A DNA stretch of 32,000 bases, taken from positions 739,455 through 771,454 of the forward strand of contig NZ_CP149925.1 of assembly GCF_038087665.1 (NCBI RefSeq), written 5' to 3'. This DNA comes from Gallaecimonas sp. GXIMD4217. GTDB taxonomy: Bacteria; Pseudomonadota; Gammaproteobacteria; Enterobacterales; Gallaecimonadaceae. Every line of letters begins with the position of its first letter. Position 1 is the stretch's first letter. The notes under the pieces were generated by a model. The model was not told where the DNA came from. It did not search any database and was given only the letters and a program-made list of their open reading frames with translations. The translations under genes and the position numbers were made by a program. Shown in pieces: positions 15,154 to 23,516 of this stretch.

Positions 15154-16053
15154 CTATAGCTGGTGTACCCAAAGGTCTTCACTGACGATCGCCAGCGGCC
15201 TACCATGTTTTTCCCGGTAATCAACAGCCTTTAAGATTTTGTTTCCGAAGGTAGTGTGACGCCAGTCCCTCGAGCCGTGCAGCCCTACGACCAAGTAGTC
15301 CAAGTCGCGTTTTATCCCTGTCATTATGGTGCCACCGCGAAGGCGTACGGCTTCCTCGCACTTTGATCTGGTGCCAAACTGGAATCGTCCGGTAAAGCAA
15401 AAAGCGGTGCCGTTAAAGTCCAACTCGGCGTCATGATCCAGCGGCATACCGCTTGAGAGCCCAGAGACGGCACCGTGTTCCATTGGATTTCCGGTCAGGT
15501 CCTCCAGCATGAGGGTCAATGTACTGCGCTCGTCCTCGGTGATGACACCATCGGCGAGAATCATGCGTAAGGTACTGGCCAGCTCACTGCCTGGCCAGCG
15601 CTGGCAAGCTGCCGGATTCATCCTGAACCAGCGATCTAAGGCCCGGATCTCCTGATCGTTGACGATGCCGTCTGCCAATATGCCGCAGGCAATGCCTACC
15701 AGCTCATCCACTTGGTGTTCGTCGCATCCCAACTCAACATCCAGCCAAACGGGGTTCTCGGCAATGGCAGTGCATAGGTAAAGTAGCTCACTTCGTTCCT
15801 CATCATCGATAACCCTGTCTGAGACAATGTTATCGATGCGCTCGGCTACACAGGCGGTTGTCTTATGGTTTCGAATGGCCCAGGCATCGGCGAGCCAAGT
15901 GGTGAGGTAAGCGAGTTCGGCATTGTTGAGCTTCTTATCAGCTGTAATACCTTTTAGAAGACCTTTCAGTGTATCGAACGCCTTGCGACGGTTATTTCGG
16001 AAGTTGATACCAAAGCTGCTCGGTTGACCATGCGGGTTCAACTCGATGTTCAT
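15154..16053 (-). CDS. Uncharacterised protein: two TerB-like helical repeat domains + C-terminal BRCT domain (299 aa)
   Basis: ATG 16053 has a perfect GGAGG 5 nt upstream. Four amphipathic segments of the TerB type: ITADKKLNNAELAYL, VSDRVIDDEERSELL, ILADGIVNDQEIRAL, ILADGVITEDERSTL. C-terminal BRCT as in the LigA C-terminus: FCFTGRFQFGTRSKCEEAVRLRGGTIMTGIKRDLDYLVVG ... W. GC is visibly lower than in the flanks. Confidence 0.8.
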   Translation of the reverse strand: MNIELNPHGQPSSFGINFRNNRRKAFDTLKGLLKGITADKKLNNAELAYLTTWLADAWAIRNHKTTACVAERIDNIVSDRVIDDEERSELLYLCTAIAENPVWLDVELGCDEHQVDELVGIACGILADGIVNDQEIRALDRWFRMNPAACQRWPGSELASTLRMILADGVITEDERSTLTLMLEDLTGNPMEHGAVSGLSSGMPLDHDAELDFNGTAFCFTGRFQFGTRSKCEEAVRLRGGTIMTGIKRDLDYLVVGLHGSRDWRHTTFGNKILKAVDYREKHGRPLAIVSEDLWVHQL

Positions 16054-16152
16054 GTGGACCTCCATGTCACTGATAATTGGGCACAAGACTAAAAGTGGTT
16101 CTTGGAGACGTCTTTCGCAAGCCAAGGGTGGATGGCCTCTAATCCTGGTTGT

Positions 16153-16192
16153 TTGACAAAGCATTGACAGCAGCAACCCTTGAGGCTTAGCT
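16153..16192 (+). promoter_or_regulatory. Possible promoter of the NRDE gene: tandem TTGACA hexamers, weak -10
   Basis: TTGACA occurs at 16153-16158 and 16164-16169. After a 17-nt spacer comes TTAGCT (16187-16192). The ATG lies 7 nt after the -10 and has no SD. Confidence 0.3.
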
Positions 16193-16198
16193 GACCCC

Positions 16199-16954
16199 AT
16201 GTGCACCGTCGTGATCCTGCGCCGGCCCGGCCATGATTGGCCGGTGCTGCTCGGCGCCAACAGAGACGAGATGGCCGACCGCCCCTGGCGGCCGCCGGGG
16301 CGGCATTGGCCCGGGCTGCCGGGCGTGACCGCCGGCCTGGATGTGCTGGGCGGCGGTACCTGGCTCGGGCTCAACGACCAGGGCCTGGTGGCCACTGTGC
16401 TGAACCGGCCCGGCTCCCTGGGGCCGGCCAGGGGCAAGCGCTCCCGGGGCGAGCTGCCGCTGAAGGCCCTGGCCCATGACAGCGCCGACGCTGCCGTCCG
16501 GGCTCTTACGGCCCTCGACGGCGGCGGCTATCGGCCCTTCAACCTGCTGCTGGCCGACCGCCATGGCGCCTACTGGCTCAGGGGCCTGGGCCAGGGGGCC
16601 ATCAAGGCCCGGGCCGTGCCGGAGGGCCTGTCCATGCTGACCGCCCATGACCTCAACGACGTCGAGAACAGCCCCCGCCTGGCCGCCAACCTGCCGCGCT
16701 TTCGGGCCGCGCCCGTGCCGGAGCCTGGCCGGGGCGACTGGCGGGCCTGGCAGGGGCTGCTGGCCGAACCGGGCCGGCTGCCGCCGGATCCGGCTCGCTT
16801 TCACATCAGGCCGGACGCGATGCAGGTGACCAGCTCGGTGGGCTTCGGCACCCTCTGCTCGGCGCTCATTGCCCTGCCGGCCACCGGCAAGCCGCTCTGG
16901 CTCAATGCCGACGGTCCGCCGGACAGCAGCCCTTTCCAGGCGGTGCCGTCCTAA
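16199..16954 (+). CDS. NRDE-family protein (DUF833 / TANGO2-like)
   Basis: 251 aa. N-terminal MCT (Cys2) and the hallmark GANRDE motif (LLGANRDEMADRPW). GGTWLGLN. Confidence 0.85.
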   Translation: MCTVVILRRPGHDWPVLLGANRDEMADRPWRPPGRHWPGLPGVTAGLDVLGGGTWLGLNDQGLVATVLNRPGSLGPARGKRSRGELPLKALAHDSADAAVRALTALDGGGYRPFNLLLADRHGAYWLRGLGQGAIKARAVPEGLSMLTAHDLNDVENSPRLAANLPRFRAAPVPEPGRGDWRAWQGLLAEPGRLPPDPARFHIRPDAMQVTSSVGFGTLCSALIALPATGKPLWLNADGPPDSSPFQAVPS

Positions 16955-17024
16955 CCCCTCCGATCTCTTGTGCCGCCATTTGCTGCCACACTGCTGTTTC
17001 CAAAACACTTTTTTGAGGAAGCCC

Positions 17025-18290
17025 ATGGCCGACAACAAGGGCGATCGCCGGGCCGTATGGAGCTGGGCCTTTTACGACTGGGCCAACTCCGCTTTCGCCA
17101 CAGTGGTGCTGGCGGGTTTCTTCCCGCTCCTTTACCAGGATTTCTGGAACCAGGGGGTGTCGGTGACGGAGGCCAACCTGCGCCTGGGCTGGACCAATGC
17201 CGCCGCCTCCCTGGTCATCGCCCTGATCGCCCCCTTTATCGGCGCCCTGGCCGACCAGGCCGGCGCCAAGAAGAAGCTGTTGCTGCTGTTCGCCGGCGCC
17301 GGCATGGTGGCCACCGCCGGCCTGGCCAGCGTGGGCCAGGGGGACTGGGCCTGGGCCTCTGGCCTGTTCGTGCTGGCCACCATCGGCTTTATGGGCGCCA
17401 ACCTCTTCTACGATGCCCTGCTGATGAGCGTGGCCCCCCAGTCGAAGTGGCATTTCGTGTCCGGCCTGGGCTTCGGCCTGGGCTACCTGGGCGGCGGCCT
17501 GCTGTACCTGGGCTGCGTGCTGGCGGCCCTGAACCCCCACTGGCTGGGCCTGGCAAGCGGCACCCAGGCGGTGCTGGGCTCGTTCTGGGTCACCGCGCTG
17601 TGGTGGGCGCTGTTCACCATCCCCCTGGCGCTCTGGGTGCGCGAGCCCAAGGCGTTGCAGGCGTCCGAGCAGGGGCTGTGGCGCGGCAGCCTGGGCCAGG
17701 TGTTCAGCACCCTCAAGCAGCTGCGCCGCTACCGCAGCGCCGGCCTCTTCCTGCTGGCCTACTGGCTGTACATCGACGGCGTCGACACCGTGGTGCGCAT
17801 GGCGGTGGCCTACGGCCGGGCCCTGGGCTTCGAGCGCTCGACCCTGATCCTGGCGCTGCTGCTGGTGCAGTTCGTGGGCTTTCCGGCCGCCATCGCCTTT
17901 GGCTACCTTGGCGAGCGCATCGGCCCCAGGCGCGGCATCTACATCGGCCTTTTCGTCTATGTGTTGGTGTGCATCTGGGCCGCCTTCATCAGCGCTCCCT
18001 GGGAGTTTTTCGTGATGGCGGTGCTGGTGGGCCTGGTGCAGGGCGGGGTCCAGGCCCTGAGCCGCTCCTGTTTCGCGCGGCTGATCCCGGCCGGGATGAG
18101 CGGCGAGTTCTTCGGTTTCTACAACCTGATGGGCAAGTTCGCGGTGCTGATAGGCCCGCCCCTGTTCGGCCTGTTCGGCACCTGGTTCGGCGACGTGCGC
18201 TATTCGATGCTGGCGCTGATCTTCCTGTTCCTGGCCGGCGGCGCCCTGCTGGCCCGGGTGCCGGCCTCGGCCCTGAGCGGCCAGCGTTAG
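17025..18290 (+). CDS. MFS transporter, UMF1 (Atg22-like) family
   Basis: Start at ATG 17025 (GAGGAA upstream). N-terminal signature WSWAFYDWANSAFATVV. About 12 hydrophobic helices. The first 52 codons of track ORF 16869..18290 overlap the NRDE gene end and are rejected. Confidence 0.85.
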   Translation: MADNKGDRRAVWSWAFYDWANSAFATVVLAGFFPLLYQDFWNQGVSVTEANLRLGWTNAAASLVIALIAPFIGALADQAGAKKKLLLLFAGAGMVATAGLASVGQGDWAWASGLFVLATIGFMGANLFYDALLMSVAPQSKWHFVSGLGFGLGYLGGGLLYLGCVLAALNPHWLGLASGTQAVLGSFWVTALWWALFTIPLALWVREPKALQASEQGLWRGSLGQVFSTLKQLRRYRSAGLFLLAYWLYIDGVDTVVRMAVAYGRALGFERSTLILALLLVQFVGFPAAIAFGYLGERIGPRRGIYIGLFVYVLVCIWAAFISAPWEFFVMAVLVGLVQGGVQALSRSCFARLIPAGMSGEFFGFYNLMGKFAVLIGPPLFGLFGTWFGDVRYSMLALIFLFLAGGALLARVPASALSGQR

Positions 18291-18388
18291 CCCGCACCCG
18301 GCAGAATTTGTGAACTGTGCCAAACTTAGCTGTGCTTACAGGAACTTGTGGCAGTTTGCAGTCGCCATTGTCAATCAGAGGAGCGGAT

Positions 18389-18655
18389 ATGAAAAAGCAA
18401 CTGACACTGGGCGCCCTGGTCCTGGCCACTGCGGTACTGGGCGGCTGTGCCAACACCGATCTGGAACGCCAGGTCGAGACCCTGTCCAACAAGGTCGATC
18501 AGCTTTCCAGCAAGGTGGATGCCCTGAGCGCCGACCACGGCGCCATGAACAGGGGCATCATGGACGCCAAGGCCGCCGCCGAGGAGGCCAAGGCCGAGGC
18601 CATGCGTGCCAACCAGCGTATCGACGCCATGTCGGGTTCGCGCTATTCCAAGTAA
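18389..18655 (+). CDS. lpp: Braun-type (Lpp-like) outer-membrane lipoprotein, 88 aa
   Basis: GAGGAG RBS, lipobox LGGC, heptad-repeat helix (LSNKVDQLSSKVDALS ... AKAEAMRANQRIDAM), and C-terminal Lys (RYSK) as in Lpp. Confidence 0.8.
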   Translation: MKKQLTLGALVLATAVLGGCANTDLERQVETLSNKVDQLSSKVDALSADHGAMNRGIMDAKAAAEEAKAEAMRANQRIDAMSGSRYSK

Positions 18656-18672
18656 CCCAACCATCCCAGACC

Positions 18673-18700
18673 AAGGGGCTCCAGCAGGAGCCCCTTTTGC
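18673..18700 (+). terminator. Terminator hairpin between lpp-like and the L,D-transpeptidase gene
   Basis: aaggggctcc (18673-18682) pairs with ggagcccctt (18687-18696), loop agca, followed by TTGCGTTTT. Confidence 0.7.
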
Positions 18701-18704
18701 GTTT

Positions 18705-19583
18705 TCAGGGGGAAACGGGCACCGGCAGGCCGCGCTGCTGTAGCAGCAGGCGGCGCACCAGGGCCTGATCGACTCCCTCGGCGGCCAGCAGCCTGAGCTG
18801 CTTGGGTGACAGCGTCAGCAGCTTGTCCCGGCCCGGCTCGCCCCGGCTCAGGGGCTCGTGCACCTCCAGGTAGAGACGGCCGTCCGGGCCATGGCCAAGC
18901 TTGACCGGCTGATCGAGGATCTGCACCAGGGTGCCGGCCTCGACCCGCTCGAACAGCTCGCCGATGTCCGGGTTTCTGAGCCGGATGCAGCCGGAGCTGA
19001 TGCGGGTGCCCACCCCCGCCTGGCGGTTGGTGCCGTGGATCAGGTATTCACCCATGCCGAGCCCCAAACGCAGGGCAAAGGGGCCAAGGGGGTTGTCCGG
19101 GCCGGGCGGCACCACCTCCGGCAGAGTGATGCCGGCCTCCAGGTAGGCTTCGCGGATGCCGTCCGTGGGGGTCCAGCTGGGCTCGGCATGCTTGGCGACG
19201 ATGCGGGTACGGCCCAGCGGCGTGCTGCGGCCGATGCGGCCGATGCCGATGGGGTAAACCTGCACCTGATCCTGTTCGAACAGGTAGAGGCGCAGTTCGG
19301 CCAGGTTGATGATGATGCCGTCCCTGGGGCCCTGGGGCAGCAGCGTCTGGCTGGGCAGCACCAGCCAGCTGCCTGGCGCCGGCAGCAGCGGGTCGACACC
19401 TGGGTTGGCGGCGATCAGGTTGAGCACGCTGAGATCGTGGTCCCGGGCGATGGCCTCGAAGTGGTCACCTGGCTTGACCAGGTAGGCGCCGGGGGCGCCG
19501 ATGAGATCCCCTGTCTCGGGCAGGGGGTAGGGCGCCCCCCAGGCCGGCAGGCAGCACAGCAGCAGTATCCGTATCCAGCGCAT
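18705..19583 (-). CDS. L,D-transpeptidase (LysM + YkuD domains; ErfK/YbiS/YcfS type)
   Basis: ATG 19583 has GGAGG 5 nt upstream, followed by a signal peptide. LysM: YLVKPGDHFEAIARDHDLSVLNLIAANP. Catalytic YkuD motif: IHGTN ... SSGCIRL. Confidence 0.88.
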   Translation of the reverse strand: MRWIRILLLCCLPAWGAPYPLPETGDLIGAPGAYLVKPGDHFEAIARDHDLSVLNLIAANPGVDPLLPAPGSWLVLPSQTLLPQGPRDGIIINLAELRLYLFEQDQVQVYPIGIGRIGRSTPLGRTRIVAKHAEPSWTPTDGIREAYLEAGITLPEVVPPGPDNPLGPFALRLGLGMGEYLIHGTNRQAGVGTRISSGCIRLRNPDIGELFERVEAGTLVQILDQPVKLGHGPDGRLYLEVHEPLSRGEPGRDKLLTLSPKQLRLLAAEGVDQALVRRLLLQQRGLPVPVSP

Positions 19584-19839
19584 TCCGGCCTCCACTTCGA
19601 ACCTGAATCGGTGATCTTGCCCGCTCTTGAATCTGGTGCAAGCGTCCCTATTATCTTTCCTGGCAATTCGCGTAATGCCTTGTTTTTAATTTAGTTGTTT
19701 CTGTTGCGACAGGACGTGAGAACAATGTTTTATTCGATGAACAGGCGCCAGGCCGTGGCCCGTCCTCCTCCCCGCCCGCCGCGTCGTCAGCCCAGGGTGG
19801 GATAGCGCGCCCACCTGCCCATCACATTTGGAGGACATC

Positions 19840-20769
19840 ATGCTGGAAGTCAAACAACTGACCCGACGCTACGGCCAACAGCTGGCCGTGGACGGGGTCG
19901 ATTTCACCATCCAAAGGGGTGAGATCGTCGGTCTGCTGGGCCACAACGGCGCCGGCAAGACCACCATCATGAAGATGCTCAGCGGCTATCTGGAACCGGA
20001 CCAGGGCCGGATCCGCCTGGGCGGCATCGACCTGGCCGAGGATCCCAAGGCGGTGCAGCGGCAGCTGGGTTACCTGCCGGAGAGCCTGCCCGTCTACCCG
20101 GACATGACGGTGGCCGACTACCTGGATTACGCCGCCACCCTCAAGGGCCTGGAAGGGCAGCCCAAGCAGGCCGCCATCCGCAAGGCCCTGGCCGCCACCG
20201 ATATCGGCGACAGGCTGCTGGCCCCCATCCACACCCTGTCCCGGGGCTACAAGCAGCGGGTGGGCGTGGCCCAGGCCATCCTGGCCGAGCCCAAGCTGCT
20301 GATCCTGGACGAGCCCACCAACGGCCTGGATCCGGCCCAGACCGAGCACATGCGCCGCCTGGTGCGCCGCCTGTCCCGGGACGCCACCGTGATCCTGTCC
20401 ACCCACATCATGCAGGAGGTGGAGGCGCTGTGCGACAGGGTGCTGATCATCCGTAACGGCCGCCTGGCCGTGGACGAGCGCCTGGAGCGGCTGCGCCTGG
20501 CCAACGAGGTGGAGCTGGCCAGCGACTTGCCCCAGGCCGCCCAGCGCCTGGCCAGCCTGGCCGGCGTGGCCGAGGTGCGGGCCCTGGGCGACAACGGCTA
20601 CCGGCTGGTGCTGGCCGAGGGCGCCTCGCAGCAATCGCTCTGCGCCGCTGCCGCCGCCCTGGTGGCCGAGGCCGGCGCCGCCCTCTACCGGCTGGCGCCG
20701 GTCAAGCGTGACCTCGAAAGCCTGCTGCGGGAAGTCAACCGGACGGAGGAGGTGAAGGATGCAGCCTAA
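19840..20769 (+). CDS. ABC transporter ATP-binding protein (GldA-like, ABC-2 type)
   Basis: ATG 19840 (GGAGGA 4 nt upstream). Walker A GHNGAGKTT, signature LSRGYKQRV, Walker B LLILDEPTNGLD. Confidence 0.88.
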   Translation: MLEVKQLTRRYGQQLAVDGVDFTIQRGEIVGLLGHNGAGKTTIMKMLSGYLEPDQGRIRLGGIDLAEDPKAVQRQLGYLPESLPVYPDMTVADYLDYAATLKGLEGQPKQAAIRKALAATDIGDRLLAPIHTLSRGYKQRVGVAQAILAEPKLLILDEPTNGLDPAQTEHMRRLVRRLSRDATVILSTHIMQEVEALCDRVLIIRNGRLAVDERLERLRLANEVELASDLPQAAQRLASLAGVAEVRALGDNGYRLVLAEGASQQSLCAAAAALVAEAGAALYRLAPVKRDLESLLREVNRTEEVKDAA

Positions 20770-23506
20770 GCAATCCCCCTGGCCCTGGCTGATGCGGGTG
20801 GCCGCCAAGGAGGCGCAGCAGTTCTTCGCCTCGCCCGTGGCCTACCTGTTCCTGGCCTGTTTCGCGGCCGTGACCCTGTTCGCCTTCTTCTGGGGCGAGG
20901 CCTTCTTCGCCCGCAATATCGCCGACGTGCGGCCCCTGTTCGAATGGATGCCGGTGCTGCTGATCTTCCTGGCCAGCGCCCTGACCATGCGGCTGTGGAG
21001 CGAGGAGCGCCGCACCGGCACCCTGGAGCACGTGCTGACCCAGCCGGTGCCGCTGTGGTGTTTCGTGCTGGGCAAGTTCCTGGGCTGCCTGCTGCTGCTG
21101 GCGGTGGCGCTGGTGATCACCCTGCCGCTGCCGCTGACCGTGGCCATGCTGGGGGATCTCGACTGGGGCCCGGTCTGGGCCGGCTACCTGGCCACCCTGC
21201 TGCTGGGCGCCTGCTACCTGGCGGTGGGCCTGTTCGTGTCCGCCCGCAGCGACAACCAGATCGTCAGCCTGATCACCGCCAGCGCCCTCTGCGGCGGCCT
21301 CTACCTGCTGGGCTCGCCGCTGCTCACCGAGCTGGTGGGCATCGAGGCCGGCCAATGGCTGCGGGCCCTGGGTACCGGCTCGCGCTTCGAGGCCATCGCC
21401 CGCGGCGTCATCGACCTTGGCGATCTCTATTACTACCTGAGCCTCACCGCCCTGTTCCTGGTGCTCAACACCTTGGTACTGGAGAAGGCCAGGTGGAGCC
21501 AGCAGGGCTGCGGGCGGCACCGGCTCTGGCACGGCGTCACCGCCCTGCTGCTGGCCAACCTGCTGGGCGCCAACCTCTGGCTGGGGCAGCTGCCGGGGCT
21601 GCGCCTGGATCTGACCGAGGGGCGGCTCTACTCCCTGTCCGAGGCCACCCGGGGCTACCTCAAGCAGCTGCGCGAGCCGCTGTTGATCCGCGGCTACTTC
21701 AGCAGCCAGACCCACCCGCTGCTGGCGCCCCTGGTGCCGAGGCTCCAGGATCTGCTGCGCGAGTACCAGGTGGCCGGCGGCGGCCAGGTGCGCCTGGAGC
21801 TGGTGGATCCGGCCCGGTCGCCCGAGCTGGAGGAGGAGGCCAACCGCCGCTACGGCATAGAGCCGGTACCCTTCCAGGTGGCCGACCGCTACCAGGCGTC
21901 CATCGTCAGCTCCTACTTCAATGTGCTGGTCCAGTACGGCGACGAGCACCAGCTGCTGGGCTTTCGGGATCTCATCGAGGTCAAGGCCAGGGGCGAAGGG
22001 GAGCTGGACGTGCAGCTGCGCAACCCCGAGTACGATCTGACCCAGGCCATCCGCAAGGTGCTGCGCAGCTACCAGGGGGGCGGCAACCTGTTCGACACCG
22101 TCAAGGGCGAGCTGGCCTTCACCGCCTACGTCTCTCCCGAGGCCCGGCTGCCGGAGCCGCTGGTGGCCTTCAGCGACGCGATCCGGGCGGTGCTCGACGA
22201 CTACCAGGCCCGCTCCGGCGGCCGCCTCAAGGTGGACTTCGTCGACCCCGAGGCCGGCGACGGCGCCCTGGCCAGGCGGCTGGCCGAAGACTACGGCTTC
22301 CAGCCCCTGACCCAGGATCTGCTCAGCCGCGAGGGCTTCTACTACTACCTGACCCTGGCCCGGGACGAGCAGGTGGTGCAGCTGCCGCTGGGGGATCTCA
22401 GCCGCGAGGGCTTCGAGCGCAACCTGGAGGCGGCCATCAAGCGCTTCGCCAGCGGCTTCACCAAGACGGTGGCCCTGGTCGCCCCGGGCGGCTATGGCGG
22501 CGGCTTCAACGAGCTGGAGGCCCTGCTCGGCACCGAACTCAACGTGGTGCGGGAGGACATCGATGACGGCGTCGTCGGCGGCGAGGCCGACATCCTGGTG
22601 CTGGTCGCTCCCGAGCAGCTGGACGACAAGGCCCTGTTCGCCGTGGATCAGTTCCTGATGAAGGGCGGCACCGTCATCGCCGCCACCTCGCCGTTCAGCG
22701 CCGAGCTGGGCGGGCGCAGCCTGGCCATGGGCCGCCATGACGCCGGCCTTGCCGACTGGCTGGCCCACCACGGCCTGACCATGGAGGAGCAGCTGGTGCT
22801 GGATCCCCAAAGCGGCGCCTTCCCCATCCCGGTGACCCGGGATTTGGGCGGCTTCCAGCTGCGCGAGATCCGCATGCTCGACTACCCCTATTTCGTCGAC
22901 GTGCGTGGCGCCGGCCTCAACGAGCAGCACCCGATCACCGCCCAGCTGCCCCAGGCCTGGCTGTCGCCGTCCCTGGACGTGCTGCCCGGCGCCGCCGGCT
23001 TCGCCCCCGAGGGCGAACAGGCCAGCCGGACCCTGGCCCTGGTGATGCAGGGCCGCTTCCAGTCCTATTTCGCTGGCAAGGCATCGCCGCTGCTGGCCAA
23101 GGCGGCCGAGGACGAGGCCGCCGAGGACGACCAGGAGCCGGGCCGCTTCGGCGCCGTGATCCAGAAGTCGCCGGCCTCGGCGCGGCTGATCCTGTTCGCG
23201 TCCAACGACTTCCTGCGCGATCAGGTGCTGCAGCTGGCCGGCGCCGTGGACGGCAACCGCTACCTCAACAGCCTGCAGCTGCTGGCCAACAGCGTCGACT
23301 GGGCCCTGGACGACGGCGGCCTGATGCAGATCCGCAGCCGCGGCCACTTCAACCGCACCCTGGTGCCCATGGAACATGACCAGCAGCTGTTCTGGGAATA
23401 CCTGAACTACGGCCTGGCGGCGCTGTTGCTGGCGGCCCTGGCGCTGCTGCAGCGCTGGCGCCGGCAACGCCGAAACGCGGCCTACCAGGCCCTGCTGGCC
23501 AACTGA
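20759..23506 (+). CDS. Fused ABC-2 permease (GldF-like) + GldG-like auxiliary domain protein (915 aa)
   Basis: Overlaps the ATPase gene by 11 nt, with a GGAGGAGG RBS. The N-terminal roughly 240 aa are polytopic. A large extracytoplasmic region follows (LLIRGYFS, YGIEPVPF) and a C-terminal TM anchor closes the protein. Confidence 0.8.
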   Translation: MQPKQSPWPWLMRVAAKEAQQFFASPVAYLFLACFAAVTLFAFFWGEAFFARNIADVRPLFEWMPVLLIFLASALTMRLWSEERRTGTLEHVLTQPVPLWCFVLGKFLGCLLLLAVALVITLPLPLTVAMLGDLDWGPVWAGYLATLLLGACYLAVGLFVSARSDNQIVSLITASALCGGLYLLGSPLLTELVGIEAGQWLRALGTGSRFEAIARGVIDLGDLYYYLSLTALFLVLNTLVLEKARWSQQGCGRHRLWHGVTALLLANLLGANLWLGQLPGLRLDLTEGRLYSLSEATRGYLKQLREPLLIRGYFSSQTHPLLAPLVPRLQDLLREYQVAGGGQVRLELVDPARSPELEEEANRRYGIEPVPFQVADRYQASIVSSYFNVLVQYGDEHQLLGFRDLIEVKARGEGELDVQLRNPEYDLTQAIRKVLRSYQGGGNLFDTVKGELAFTAYVSPEARLPEPLVAFSDAIRAVLDDYQARSGGRLKVDFVDPEAGDGALARRLAEDYGFQPLTQDLLSREGFYYYLTLARDEQVVQLPLGDLSREGFERNLEAAIKRFASGFTKTVALVAPGGYGGGFNELEALLGTELNVVREDIDDGVVGGEADILVLVAPEQLDDKALFAVDQFLMKGGTVIAATSPFSAELGGRSLAMGRHDAGLADWLAHHGLTMEEQLVLDPQSGAFPIPVTRDLGGFQLREIRMLDYPYFVDVRGAGLNEQHPITAQLPQAWLSPSLDVLPGAAGFAPEGEQASRTLALVMQGRFQSYFAGKASPLLAKAAEDEAAEDDQEPGRFGAVIQKSPASARLILFASNDFLRDQVLQLAGAVDGNRYLNSLQLLANSVDWALDDGGLMQIRSRGHFNRTLVPMEHDQQLFWEYLNYGLAALLLAALALLQRWRRQRRNAAYQALLAN

Positions 23507-23516
23507 AGGAGGCAAA

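Noticed and set aside
14555-15224. ORFs across the repeat array (14555..14995 +, 146 aa; 14832..15224 -, 130 aa)
   Set aside because: There is no RBS. The sequence is built from hairpins and duplicated blocks, and the translations are Arg/Gly/Pro-rich and simply mirror the DNA repeats. I treat the region as non-coding.
14518-16198. Intact prophage or integrative island at ssrA
   Set aside because: The whole interval is about 1.7 kb with a single non-integrase gene. No integrase, excisionase or phage genes are present, and no full-length direct repeat of the ssrA 3' end marks the right boundary. At most it is a remnant islet.
16187-18323. Minus-strand ORFs 16187..17038 (283 aa) and 16902..18323 (473 aa), and the alternate-frame plus-strand ORF 16970..18313 (447 aa)
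   Set aside because: They are antisense or out of frame relative to the NRDE and UMF1-MFS genes. Composition is biased (Arg/Gly/Pro/Ala/Gln) and no motifs are present.
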